A stretch of 64,000 nucleotides of DNA from a virus (IMGVR_UViG_3300013800_000006:1-64000), one strand, 5' to 3'; shown: positions 47,474 to 55,683, counted from the first letter of the stretch. Program-made: numbers and translations. The notes: a model not told the origin generated them from the sequence alone.

Positions 47474-47553
47474 AGCCATGGATGGCTTACCCTATTAGTG
47501 CTTATTCTAAGCACTAATAGGAGCGTATCGAGTACCCGCTTAGTAGGTACTCT
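47474..47553 (+). repeat. Three-hairpin intergenic element, copy 2
   Basis: AGCC-ATGGAT-GGCT; same 14-bp stem as copy 1; GAGTACC-CGCTTAGTA-GGTACTC. Confidence 0.95.
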
Positions 47554-47574
47554 CAATAAAGTGGAGTGAATACG

Positions 47575-48339
47575 ATGAATGCTAATCAAAAAGCCGCTGT
47601 TACTATGATGCTTTCCATCATGGCGGAAGGGACTTGCCAAGAGTTTGGCAAATATAGTAAGGATAGTGTCGAGTACTTCACCGCCAAGCTAGAACAAGTG
47701 CAATCAGGCAGGATAGGACATGGTGGAAACCCCCACGGGTATTTCATCATCGGGTTGTCCCCTAGTAGCAAGCGTGGACAGGAAAATGCCGCCCGTCAAT
47801 TCCGCTTTGCCTTGAGCAAGGGAATGACTAACAAAGCGCACCTTGCTTGCCGTGGCTTGGGTGACACCGGCACCGAGTCAGCAATCAATGCTGGTGCGTT
47901 CTTCAGCTATCCAAAACAGAATAGCCGTCTTGGCGACACGGCCATGCGCCGAGTCGCGCATGGCATCGCATCCGATGCCCGGAAGGGAGAAGATGTAGGA
48001 CGGAAAACCAGTGCACTATTTCTCGCGCTAACAGACGCGGACGCTGCGGAAGCGGCACTAGCTTTTATCCGTAAGGGTGCGGAAAAAATCCGCACGGCGC
48101 TAAATATTGAGCATGACACGTGGTTGGATCAACTCATAGAGTCCATCCCCCAAATGGGGGAACAGGAAACACAAGACGAAAACTTGAATCACTGGATCAA
48201 TGGTATCTTAGCAGAGCTGCCAGACATCAAACCCGATGATGAACGGATGCTCGTCGAATCCGTTAAGCGGGTATCTGCTAAAAAGAACCCCAAACCCGTC
48301 AAAAGTAAGCTAACCTTGGAGAAAACTAAGGCAGCATAA
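47575..48339 (+). CDS. Hypothetical early protein (cassette 2, ~254 aa)
   Basis: GGAG RBS; visibly GC-richer than neighbours; basic C-terminus. Confidence 0.7.
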   Translation: MNANQKAAVTMMLSIMAEGTCQEFGKYSKDSVEYFTAKLEQVQSGRIGHGGNPHGYFIIGLSPSSKRGQENAARQFRFALSKGMTNKAHLACRGLGDTGTESAINAGAFFSYPKQNSRLGDTAMRRVAHGIASDARKGEDVGRKTSALFLALTDADAAEAALAFIRKGAEKIRTALNIEHDTWLDQLIESIPQMGEQETQDENLNHWINGILAELPDIKPDDERMLVESVKRVSAKKNPKPVKSKLTLEKTKAA

Positions 48340-48346
48340 TAGAACA

Positions 48347-48425
48347 AGCCATGGATGGCTTACCTATTAATGCTTAACATAAGCACTAATAGGAGCGTAT
48401 CGAGTACCCGCTTAGTAGGTACTCT
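48347..48425 (+). repeat. Three-hairpin intergenic element, copy 3
   Basis: AGCC-ATGGAT-GGCT; CCTATTAATGCTTA-ACA-TAAGCACTAATAGG; GAGTACC-CGCTTAGTA-GGTACTC. Confidence 0.95.
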
Positions 48426-48446
48426 CATGGTTAGGAGTTTAAGATT

Positions 48447-48725
48447 ATGTTTTACTATTTTTATGTAGAACAAGAAGACAAACGTATTGCCTTTTGCGTA
48501 TCTGAGACGGAACTTGATGTTGGTTATATAGTACCACTGGACAAAGAAATAATAATTGCCCAAGGGAATCTACCTGATTCTAATGAATACCTCATTAAGT
48601 CAAAATGCTTTAAAAAAACATTAGAGCTAGCATGTCAGCTAGCGGGTTACTCACTAGAGCCTTATAATATAACCCCATTAGAGTATGTGAGCACAGAAGA
48701 ATTTGTCTATTGGTTTAACTCTTAA
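48447..48725 (+). CDS. Hypothetical early protein (cassette 3)
   Basis: AGGAG RBS; AT-rich; bounded by copies 3 and 4. Confidence 0.65.
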   Translation: MFYYFYVEQEDKRIAFCVSETELDVGYIVPLDKEIIIAQGNLPDSNEYLIKSKCFKKTLELACQLAGYSLEPYNITPLEYVSTEEFVYWFNS

Positions 48726-48732
48726 TAGAATT

Positions 48733-48809
48733 AGCCATGGACGGCTTACCCTATAATTGCTTAGATTAAGCAATTATAGGAGCGTACTAGAGTCCGCTTA
48801 GTAGACTCT
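48733..48809 (+). repeat. Three-hairpin intergenic element, copy 4
   Basis: AGCC-ATGGAC-GGCT; CCTATAATTGCTTA-GAT-TAAGCAATTATAGG (compensatory changes); AGAGTC-CGCTTAGTA-GACTCT. Confidence 0.95.
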
Positions 48810-48833
48810 TACCAAAAACGGGAGTTTAAAAAC

Positions 48834-49028
48834 ATGTTACAAATTGATCCAACTCGCCATTATCCTACATTTTTAGTGATCGTAAAGGATTATTTTGACC
48901 ACATTCAAGTCAAAGAGTCTAATAAGTATTTTACAAACGAGAAGCAGGCTAGAAACTATGCACAAAATAATACGCGGTTCCTGCGTGCTGGTACATACTC
49001 AAAGGGACAAGTGCATGTATTAGGTTAA
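48834..49028 (+). CDS. Hypothetical early protein (cassette 4, 64 aa)
   Basis: GGGAG RBS; bounded by copies 4 and 5. Confidence 0.6.
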   Translation: MLQIDPTRHYPTFLVIVKDYFDHIQVKESNKYFTNEKQARNYAQNNTRFLRAGTYSKGQVHVLG

Positions 49029-49035
49029 TCTACCA

Positions 49036-49114
49036 AGCCAAGGATGGCGTACCTATAATCGCTTAATCTAAGCGCTTATAGGAGCGTATCGAGTACCCGC
49101 TTAGTAGGTACTCT
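49036..49114 (+). repeat. Three-hairpin intergenic element, copy 5
   Basis: GCC-AAGGAT-GGC; CCTATAATCGCTTA-ATC-TAAGCGCTTATAGG; GAGTACC-CGCTTAGTA-GGTACTC. Confidence 0.95.
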
Positions 49115-49134
49115 CATGGTTAGGAAATAATACT

Positions 49135-49473
49135 ATGAACAATCAATATTATTTGTGTGGTAAAGTCTATTTTGAAGCCATCAAACCGATGTTTAAACAG
49201 ATGTTGATTTATATCCCAAGTCATTGGGACGATTTTTGTAACACCTTTTATATCTCTATCCCTGATGATGAACCAACACAAAACTATTTAGAAGGATGGC
49301 AAGGATTAAGAGAGGAAATCCTTACTAAATTGTTTAGATTGAATATCCTCGTGTACCAGAATGAAATCTATGAAATCTTCCGTAGATTAGGCGAACAATC
49401 ATTACTTTTAATGTTAATCCATCAACACCATGCTTATTGTAAGCAGGTAGGTGACACCATTTTAGAATTATAA
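49135..49473 (+). CDS. Hypothetical early protein (112 aa)
   Basis: AGGA RBS after copy 5. Confidence 0.65.
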   Translation: MNNQYYLCGKVYFEAIKPMFKQMLIYIPSHWDDFCNTFYISIPDDEPTQNYLEGWQGLREEILTKLFRLNILVYQNEIYEIFRRLGEQSLLLMLIHQHHAYCKQVGDTILEL

Positions 49474-49507
49474 AACTGTATCATTTATGATACTATGATA
49501 CATAGTA

Positions 49508-49640
49508 GTGACATCGCTTTAAACGCCCCAAATCGGCGATTTTAGCCACCCATCCCATAACCCACTACCCAACCATGGGTAGTGGGTTTAAATGTCACCA
49601 CGGCCCGTTTTGGTGGCTTAAAACGCAACCGGGATGGGCA
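49508..49640. repeat. GC-rich structured intergenic element related to 55684..55798
   Basis: AAATCG-G-CGATTT (49530..49542) followed by TAGCCACCC; 12-bp hairpin AACCCACTACCC/GGGTAGTGGGTT. Confidence 0.7.
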
Positions 49641-49723
49641 ACGCACACTCAAAATGTGGCGGCATCCCTCTGCCCCGCGTACAGACCGGAATTTGGGTAA
49701 AAACCCGATTCAAATCTCAGTCT

Positions 49724-50017
49724 TTAATCTCCCAACTTTTTATAATTCAACATCTCATCAGAGTTCCGCCACTTCGCCATAAACTCATCAAAATTCTGGA
49801 GCATTTTTGCCAACCAGCCATACAGAGTCAGATGGAATTGCATTAAATCCACTTGATGCGCTTCCCACACCGGCATCAAATTCGTAACCAACTGACTCAC
49901 CATCTCCACTTCAGTCCCTTCCAGACTAAACACGTATGCATCTTCTTTATAGTCAGTTGGCTGGATCGTCGTAAAACGAATAGAACAGACTCGCCACACA
50001 TTCACATACACTTTCAT
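49724..50017 (-). CDS. Hypothetical protein
   Basis: AGGTGAG RBS before ATG 50017. Confidence 0.6.
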   Translation of the reverse strand: MKVYVNVWRVCSIRFTTIQPTDYKEDAYVFSLEGTEVEMVSQLVTNLMPVWEAHQVDLMQFHLTLYGWLAKMLQNFDEFMAKWRNSDEMLNYKKLGD

Positions 50018-50021
50018 AATC

Positions 50022-50468
50022 TCACCTTTCAAGAGTATGATTGGAAGCCACCATAAAATAATGGTAATCTCCCGATATTAATCGATTCCAACCACCCAAT
50101 ACCTCCCCAGTTGCAGAGTCCAATACTCGTAAGAACTCTAACTCACCCGGAACCAGTCGTATCTCAGTCTTATAACCCCACACTTGATCGAGTTGAGTTC
50201 TAAAAGTATGAGAATTAATCCGTACACAACGCCAATACCAAGGGAGATTTACACCCCAAACTCTCTGATCTTCTTCATCAAGAAAGATCGTCGTAACACT
50301 AGTCACCACTTCTGGACCCAGGCCGCATTGTTGAAAAAATAAATTAAGTTCTTCAAACAACAAAGCTGTAGTGGATGAAGTCATAAACTTAGTTCTAATA
50401 GCCTCAAACTGAGCAGAATCAACCATCTGCTTAATTCGGTCCAATAATCTGACATCCGTTAAATACAT
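50022..50468 (-). CDS. Hypothetical protein
   Basis: AGGTGAGG RBS before ATG 50468. Confidence 0.6.
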   Translation of the reverse strand: MYLTDVRLLDRIKQMVDSAQFEAIRTKFMTSSTTALLFEELNLFFQQCGLGPEVVTSVTTIFLDEEDQRVWGVNLPWYWRCVRINSHTFRTQLDQVWGYKTEIRLVPGELEFLRVLDSATGEVLGGWNRLISGDYHYFMVASNHTLER

Positions 50469-50561
50469 AACCTCACCTTTCAATAAAAAGCCGGGAAGAT
50501 TCCCGGCGATCACCCATATTTAACATATCAAATCCAAAAGGGTTTACAACTTAATCTTCAC

Positions 50562-50891
50562 TCACAATTGACTGATCTTTCGGATGTAATGGTGAACTTT
50601 CTCCACCGAACAAAAGCCACAAACGGTATCCTCTCCATCTTCCTCATCCCATAAATGAGCCAACATTTGATCTTGACTGTCCATAATGGCAATTTCAAAC
50701 AAGCCTAGCTCTGCACCATACGTAAATGGACCTCGAATGATGCTTAATTGGTAGCCATTCTTAAACACAACTCGTGCTCTAGCACAATAAGAATCACTAC
50801 AATCTTCCACACGTTCAATCTGATCTTTGATTTCCGATTCCAAATTAAACTGTGGAACCGACAAGGACGGAGACATCATACGCATTTCCAT
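50562..50891 (-). CDS. Hypothetical phage protein (109 aa)
   Basis: GAGGT RBS; FKNGYQLSIIRG...YG...GLFEIAI motif recurrent in phage small proteins. Confidence 0.65.
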   Translation of the reverse strand: MEMRMMSPSLSVPQFNLESEIKDQIERVEDCSDSYCARARVVFKNGYQLSIIRGPFTYGAELGLFEIAIMDSQDQMLAHLWDEEDGEDTVCGFCSVEKVHHYIRKISQL

Positions 50892-50916
50892 AACACCTCA
50901 CTGAACAGGGTTGAGT

Positions 50917-51360
50917 TTACTGGTCATTGACTTCATCTAACCAAGATAATTCATTCGGATCAGATACCTCATCCACAACCCCACGAGCAATAAAAACATG
51001 CTGAAATTCTGATGATGCTGCATTGAGATACCGTAAAGATATTGAAACATCAGGATGCTTTTCAGATAACATCCGAAACAGTGGAATCGGTGGAAACTCT
51101 ACGGACTGAAATGAAATACTGTGCTCAATGGGTCTCATCCAAACGTCATAAGACTTATTAAACTCAGTCAAATCCCACAACGTCCCCCAATTCTCAAGTC
51201 TCCACTCTGCCCAATCATCCGATGGTAGATCGGGTGGAAGTGGACAGCTTTTAACTGCTGAGATGAGATACCGTTGACTTCGACATACAGCCCCCTTGAA
51301 CGCTTGAATCGCCTCTACAGGCCCTAACACAACCAAATCATTGTAACACCAACTTGACAT
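50917..51360 (-). CDS. DUF1281/YubB ferredoxin-like family protein
   Basis: MSSWCYNDLVVLG...WAEWRLENWGTLWD...PPIPLFRMLSEKHP matches the MPNWC.N...WR..NWGTKW...PP pattern. Confidence 0.7.
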   Translation of the reverse strand: MSSWCYNDLVVLGPVEAIQAFKGAVCRSQRYLISAVKSCPLPPDLPSDDWAEWRLENWGTLWDLTEFNKSYDVWMRPIEHSISFQSVEFPPIPLFRMLSEKHPDVSISLRYLNAASSEFQHVFIARGVVDEVSDPNELSWLDEVNDQ

Positions 51361-51393
51361 GATCCATCCTCATCATCGCGTTGACATGAATAC

Positions 51394-51421
51394 AGTATAG
51401 CAAACTCATCAGAGTTTGCAA
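51394..51421 (-). promoter_or_regulatory. Sigma70-type promoter with internal inverted repeat
   Basis: Minus strand TTGCAA-16-TATACT with extended TG; GCAAACTC-ATCA-GAGTTTGC palindrome in the spacer. Confidence 0.55.
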
Positions 51422-51448
51422 CATAACCTTTTGATTTTAAAGATGTAT

Positions 51449-51477
51449 TTGTAAAATCTACTATATTGCACTATACT
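51449..51477 (+). promoter_or_regulatory. Sigma70-type promoter
   Basis: TTGTAA-17-TATACT upstream of 51539. Confidence 0.6.
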
Positions 51478-51538
51478 GATTTCATTAACCCATACGTGCA
51501 TTGATGTGTAGTCCTTAGAAACACTCAACCACAAGGAA

Positions 51539-51964
51539 ATGCCCATGCAGACTTTATTCCACTTCAATCCTGAGATCCACCTTTTCACACTGGATACTGA
51601 AACTGGGGTTCTGACTATCCCGCCCCATGAAATCACCGACCCATTTCTCGCATTACTACTATTTGCTGATCCAAAATTCCGTTCCCCTTACCAATTCTGG
51701 TATGAAAGTCAGGGATTAGTCGGACAAGAAGGCTCACAAATTAATCTGGCAATCATCAAACCTTTTAAAACCAGAAGTAAACAGTATAATTTAGGTGAGG
51801 TGATCTCCGCAACGCTGGGCGAATTACTCCGACTCCCGTGCGGAAATATGCACTTTACTGGATTTTATCTACCCACCCTGTACTTCGTGGACACTCCTAC
51901 CGAAGCCGTGACTCATTTTACGTTAGCCGAATACAATACAAATGAGTTTCAACAAATCTGTTGA
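51539..51964 (+). CDS. Hypothetical protein (141 aa)
   Basis: AAGGA RBS; upstream promoter. Confidence 0.6.
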   Translation: MPMQTLFHFNPEIHLFTLDTETGVLTIPPHEITDPFLALLLFADPKFRSPYQFWYESQGLVGQEGSQINLAIIKPFKTRSKQYNLGEVISATLGELLRLPCGNMHFTGFYLPTLYFVDTPTEAVTHFTLAEYNTNEFQQIC

Positions 51965-51989
51965 CAAGCTCCAATAAAGGGATTATAAT
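51961..51989 (+). promoter_or_regulatory. Perfect-consensus sigma70 promoter
   Basis: TTGACA (51961..66)-17 nt-TATAAT (51984..89). Confidence 0.8.
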
Positions 51990-51996
51990 CCATATA

Positions 51997-52025
51997 CCCG
52001 CTGGCGGGGGTTTCTCGCCAGCGGG
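51997..52025. terminator. GC-rich stem-loop between convergent genes
   Basis: CCCGCTGGCG-9 nt-CGCCAGCGGG; no clear U tract on either strand. Confidence 0.5.
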
Positions 52026-52032
52026 ATTCCGT

Positions 52033-52296
52033 TCAAGTCACTGGGTAACTCAGCATGGACGGAAATTCACAATGCCAAACCCAACCCTCTTTTTGATGTT
52101 CCAAAGCATGAATCTGAATAAAACCCCCTCCCTCCGATAACAAGTCATTCACTCGAACAATCATACGGGTAATGGATTGGACTTCACCATCCAACATTCT
52201 TAAAAACTGCTCACAGGTCCCTGTTGGATACCACTGATTAATTTCATTTAACAATTGCTCTTGAGTCAACACCAAAAGATTTTTGACATCCCACAT
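52033..52296 (-). CDS. Hypothetical protein (87 aa)
   Basis: GGAG RBS. Confidence 0.55.
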   Translation of the reverse strand: MWDVKNLLVLTQEQLLNEINQWYPTGTCEQFLRMLDGEVQSITRMIVRVNDLLSEGGGFIQIHALEHQKEGWVWHCEFPSMLSYPVT

Positions 52297-52315
52297 AAAT
52301 ACTCCAAAGATATGT

Positions 52316-52344
52316 TTGTCAACATGACCGGACCATTATATACT
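52316..52344 (+). promoter_or_regulatory. Sigma70-type promoter
   Basis: TTGTCA-17-TATACT upstream of 52376. Confidence 0.6.
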
Positions 52345-52375
52345 ATATAAACATGCTCAACAACGGAAACCCATT

Positions 52376-52825
52376 ATGCAAATTGCCTGTCATTTCTTTT
52401 CAGCAACACTAAACCTGTACATGGATATAACCGGAACCACGACCCAAATCCGAATCAATCCAACTTGTCATTATCGACTGGGAAATAGAATTTTACTACT
52501 ACCTACATGTAACTCTTTAAGTCCTTGGCAATTACAATACAAACCAGAGGATCTCATTATTACATTAACCAATGGAAATACTTTCTTTGGATCTTTAAAC
52601 TATCAATATCAATTCGACTTTTGGTTGGATTGTATCCAACGACAACAAAAAATTGATGTTTTTGTGGCAACCCATACCAATACAGAATGGGAAATCATCA
52701 GTATTAAAATACCCTCTGAAGAATTAATACCGGATTCTAATATTAATATCAATAATTTGCCAGTAATAGGAAAAAGTTCTTCATACGAAATAACCCAATA
52801 CACTCCATTTTCTAGGAAAATCTAA
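52376..52825 (+). CDS. Hypothetical protein (149 aa)
   Basis: ORF track; TAATG coupling to next gene. Confidence 0.55.
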   Translation: MQIACHFFSATLNLYMDITGTTTQIRINPTCHYRLGNRILLLPTCNSLSPWQLQYKPEDLIITLTNGNTFFGSLNYQYQFDFWLDCIQRQQKIDVFVATHTNTEWEIISIKIPSEELIPDSNININNLPVIGKSSSYEITQYTPFSRKI

Positions 52826-53139
52826 TGATACTATCCAATCAACGACGCCGAGGAACAAGCTATTTACCCGCTTCTTGGGTCAGTTTACATCAAGATTGGA
52901 TCAAACGAGTCATCAAAGCACTAGATGGTGTCATTGTTAAAGCCGAGCTGAATGAAGTGTCTTTAGAATACACTGCAATTTCACCTCATTTTTCGGAACA
53001 ACCGGACCTTTTTGAACCCACTTCACGCCACTCCTTTTGTATTATGCTCCGGTATACTACGTTTTATTTGGCCCCAACCCAATCAAATTTGTATTCAAGC
53101 ATAAAATTCCAAAACCCAACAGCTCCAAAAACTTACTGA
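52825..53139 (+). CDS. Hypothetical protein (104 aa)
   Basis: ORF track; coupled start. Confidence 0.5.
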   Translation: MILSNQRRRGTSYLPASWVSLHQDWIKRVIKALDGVIVKAELNEVSLEYTAISPHFSEQPDLFEPTSRHSFCIMLRYTTFYLAPTQSNLYSSIKFQNPTAPKTY

Positions 53140-53150
53140 GGATTCTCCAC

Positions 53151-53585
53151 ATGACGACCCAATCTACAGAATCATCTAATTTAGACACCATCATCAACAT
53201 CAGCCCAAAATGTGCCGATACCATTAAAACGGCATGGCAAAACGAGATAGATGTCGATGGTCCTGACACCCATTATGAACGAGGTCATAGAATCTGGCAA
53301 ACTCAAGACTGTTATGCCAAACTGTATTTCGGTACGAATCATTGGTATCTACGATATGTCGGACCTATCAATCGCATCGATAGCATCCCCCATATCGAAT
53401 TAATCGCCGAAGCAAATCCACAAATGGATGGACTCACACTAGAAGCATTAACCCCATCGTTATTTCATGAATGTTTAATTAAAGTCACTGTACCCGGCAG
53501 TACAGTGGGCTATGAGCAATTTTTCAAAGCTAATCTAATTAAGATTCATTTGAACTATGAATCTAATGTAGATGAGTTGCTATAA
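53151..53585 (+). CDS. Hypothetical protein
   Basis: GAGGA RBS before ATG 53151. Confidence 0.6.
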   Translation: MTTQSTESSNLDTIINISPKCADTIKTAWQNEIDVDGPDTHYERGHRIWQTQDCYAKLYFGTNHWYLRYVGPINRIDSIPHIELIAEANPQMDGLTLEALTPSLFHECLIKVTVPGSTVGYEQFFKANLIKIHLNYESNVDELL

Positions 53586-54100
53586 TGACCCTAACCGAAT
53601 CCAAAGGCATTGCAATGTATCCTACAATTCTTTCTCAACTCATCTCGTATCAACACTCCGATATTCAATGGATTTCAATCAAATTCCATATATCTAAAAA
53701 CTGCCATAATACATTGCTTGCGCGTTTGACAAACAAAGAACCTTTATTAAAAGATCTACCAACAACTTACATTCATTTAGAACGAACACATGATGATTGC
53801 TTTCTGCTTCTACACACCACTCAATTAACCACACAATCTATACCAGAAGTCACAATCTGTTTTGATGACCAAGGAATCTACTTTTCAATCTCACATCCAC
53901 TTGAAGGTCATGAATACTTCCAAGTGTATTTACAGACTATTTATATTCATTATGAAGATCGAGTGGCTGAAGAACCAAAACCTCCCCCCTCCAAAGACTG
54001 TAACAACTCAAACAACTCTGTGTACGCATTAGTACACAATCTCATCAATCGACTTAAAGCCACTCCATTCGCCAAACTCTGTCAAAAACTCTTTAATTGA
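53585..54100 (+). CDS. Hypothetical protein (171 aa)
   Basis: ORF track; TAATG coupling. Confidence 0.55.
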   Translation: MTLTESKGIAMYPTILSQLISYQHSDIQWISIKFHISKNCHNTLLARLTNKEPLLKDLPTTYIHLERTHDDCFLLLHTTQLTTQSIPEVTICFDDQGIYFSISHPLEGHEYFQVYLQTIYIHYEDRVAEEPKPPPSKDCNNSNNSVYALVHNLINRLKATPFAKLCQKLFN

Positions 54101-54265
54101 CCCAAAATCCCCCGGTGATTTTCACTCCGGCAGATCGATTTCACTCAATATCTGCCGGAGTTTTCGTTTTTAACAATGTGACACTTTTACCCCATTTGAA
54201 AGATGTTATCGCAATATCTACTCAATTTGATATACTAATCACATCATCAAACGGGAGCACAACTC

Positions 54266-54682
54266 ATGGCACGCAAGCGCAAACCCAAAACCCAAGTCAA
54301 AGTCTTTTCATATCACCCCATCGGCACTCTTTACAGCACGCCATCGGTTTGGGTCAGTGCAGTCACGGATGGAGATGATGTGATGACCATTGAGAGTCCA
54401 TCTCTCGATTCCGCTTGCTATCCCACAGCCCCATGGCGGCATCGGTATACGCAAGAGCAGTTCTTCAACTTTGCCTTTCACAAATCGTGGGCGGTTCGAT
54501 TAACCCGACCCGAATTGGAACTAGCTCTTATGGGTCAACTGTATAATCGTTCAGAGTTTGAATGGCCGGAAACATATACTCTCCGCTTCAACTACAAACG
54601 GAACCATGCATCAACCCAAAATCTGAACGATTTGCGTCGGGTTCCGACATACGATTCCATCGGCCACCACATTATCATATAA
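54266..54682 (+). CDS. Hypothetical protein (138 aa)
   Basis: GGGAG RBS; basic N-terminus MARKRKPK. Confidence 0.6.
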   Translation: MARKRKPKTQVKVFSYHPIGTLYSTPSVWVSAVTDGDDVMTIESPSLDSACYPTAPWRHRYTQEQFFNFAFHKSWAVRLTRPELELALMGQLYNRSEFEWPETYTLRFNYKRNHASTQNLNDLRRVPTYDSIGHHIII

Positions 54683-54693
54683 GGTATTGTACC

Positions 54694-54963
54694 ATGTACA
54701 TTGAACACACAGAAACCCAATTCAACATCTATGATCTGCCATTTAATCAAACGTGGCCGGTCCTCCATGACTCGCAACTGGGTCAACAAATTATCAAACT
54801 ACTCAATCAAGAGTGTACAGCCAAAGAGTTGGAAACCACAATCTTACATCATTACTGTAAAAATTTAACCCCGGAACAGATCATAAAAGGTACTCAACGC
54901 ATTCGCATCCAAGCTTTTGCTGAAGGCTTAGCCGCCCGTCAAAATTTTGACGCATCACATTAA
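54694..54963 (+). CDS. Hypothetical protein
   Basis: AAGGT RBS before ATG 54694. Confidence 0.55.
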   Translation: MYIEHTETQFNIYDLPFNQTWPVLHDSQLGQQIIKLLNQECTAKELETTILHHYCKNLTPEQIIKGTQRIRIQAFAEGLAARQNFDASH

Positions 54964-55010
54964 TCCCATATACTACGTATATGGGATGATCACTACTGGA
55001 GATTCAGCAC

Positions 55011-55448
55011 ATGTCCCTCACTTTCAAGAGTGTTAAAATCAATTTTAAGCTCACCGAAGAAACTCTCAACTTTTGTGCAACGATGTACTGGAACCATGTT
55101 CGAGTCGGCACTGTCAAGAACTTTGGAAAAGGTGCCCATGTTTATGACTGGAAACAATCTCCACAAGCCACTGAAGCTCAAGACTGGTTAATCCACCATC
55201 CCGATACATTTCGATTAAAATCTTGTGATGTGGTAGACTATGATCATGTCATTACCAATCTGGTATTGCAGCATCAACGGAATAAACAACTCAAAACCTG
55301 GTGTAAAACTCAAACGGTTTTCCGTTGTACCGACACACCAAATCACTCTTGGATTAAACTCAACATCCAATATACGAAAGAAATGGATGGTCTTTTAGCT
55401 AAAAAGTACCCAAATCTGGTTGAAATTGCGAATCATCGCTTTGCTTAA
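55011..55448 (+). CDS. Hypothetical phage protein (145 aa)
   Basis: GGAG RBS; LTEETLNFCATMY...VGTVKNFGKG motif. Confidence 0.6.
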   Translation: MSLTFKSVKINFKLTEETLNFCATMYWNHVRVGTVKNFGKGAHVYDWKQSPQATEAQDWLIHHPDTFRLKSCDVVDYDHVITNLVLQHQRNKQLKTWCKTQTVFRCTDTPNHSWIKLNIQYTKEMDGLLAKKYPNLVEIANHRFA

Positions 55449-55485
55449 CGATTGCTTATTGATTCCACCACCCAAGAGGTCTGCT

Positions 55486-55677
55486 ATGCTCACTGATGTA
55501 CAGCAAGATGAAGTACGAGATGTCATGCTTCTCAATCTCAATTCTGTCACCAATGCCACTCAACTTGCAGAGTTGGCAGCGAGTCTACTCGACTTGGAAG
55601 ACGAATTGGATGATCCTGATTCGGAACTTTGGGAATTGGCAGCGGACTACTTTGAAGATTCCCAAAACTCCATTTAA
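55486..55677 (+). CDS. Small highly acidic protein (63 aa)
   Basis: GAGGT RBS; 17 Asp/Glu versus 1 Arg and no Lys. Confidence 0.65.
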   Translation: MLTDVQQDEVRDVMLLNLNSVTNATQLAELAASLLDLEDELDDPDSELWELAADYFEDSQNSI

Positions 55678-55683
55678 CCCATC

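Noticed and set aside
46952-49114. CRISPR array or TIGR-like guide array
   Set aside because: Repeats are ~78 nt and the intervening sequences are whole genes of 200-800 nt, not uniform spacers; no cas or Nop-domain gene is seen
46952-49114. Repeats as plain rho-independent terminators or sigma70 promoters
   Set aside because: No U tract follows any hairpin on the plus strand; TATAAT appears in only two copies and has no -35 at the proper distance
54097-54378. 93-aa ORF as a real gene
   Set aside because: It overlaps the better-supported 54266..54682 gene by 113 nt and has a weak start context; at most its 5' part is coding
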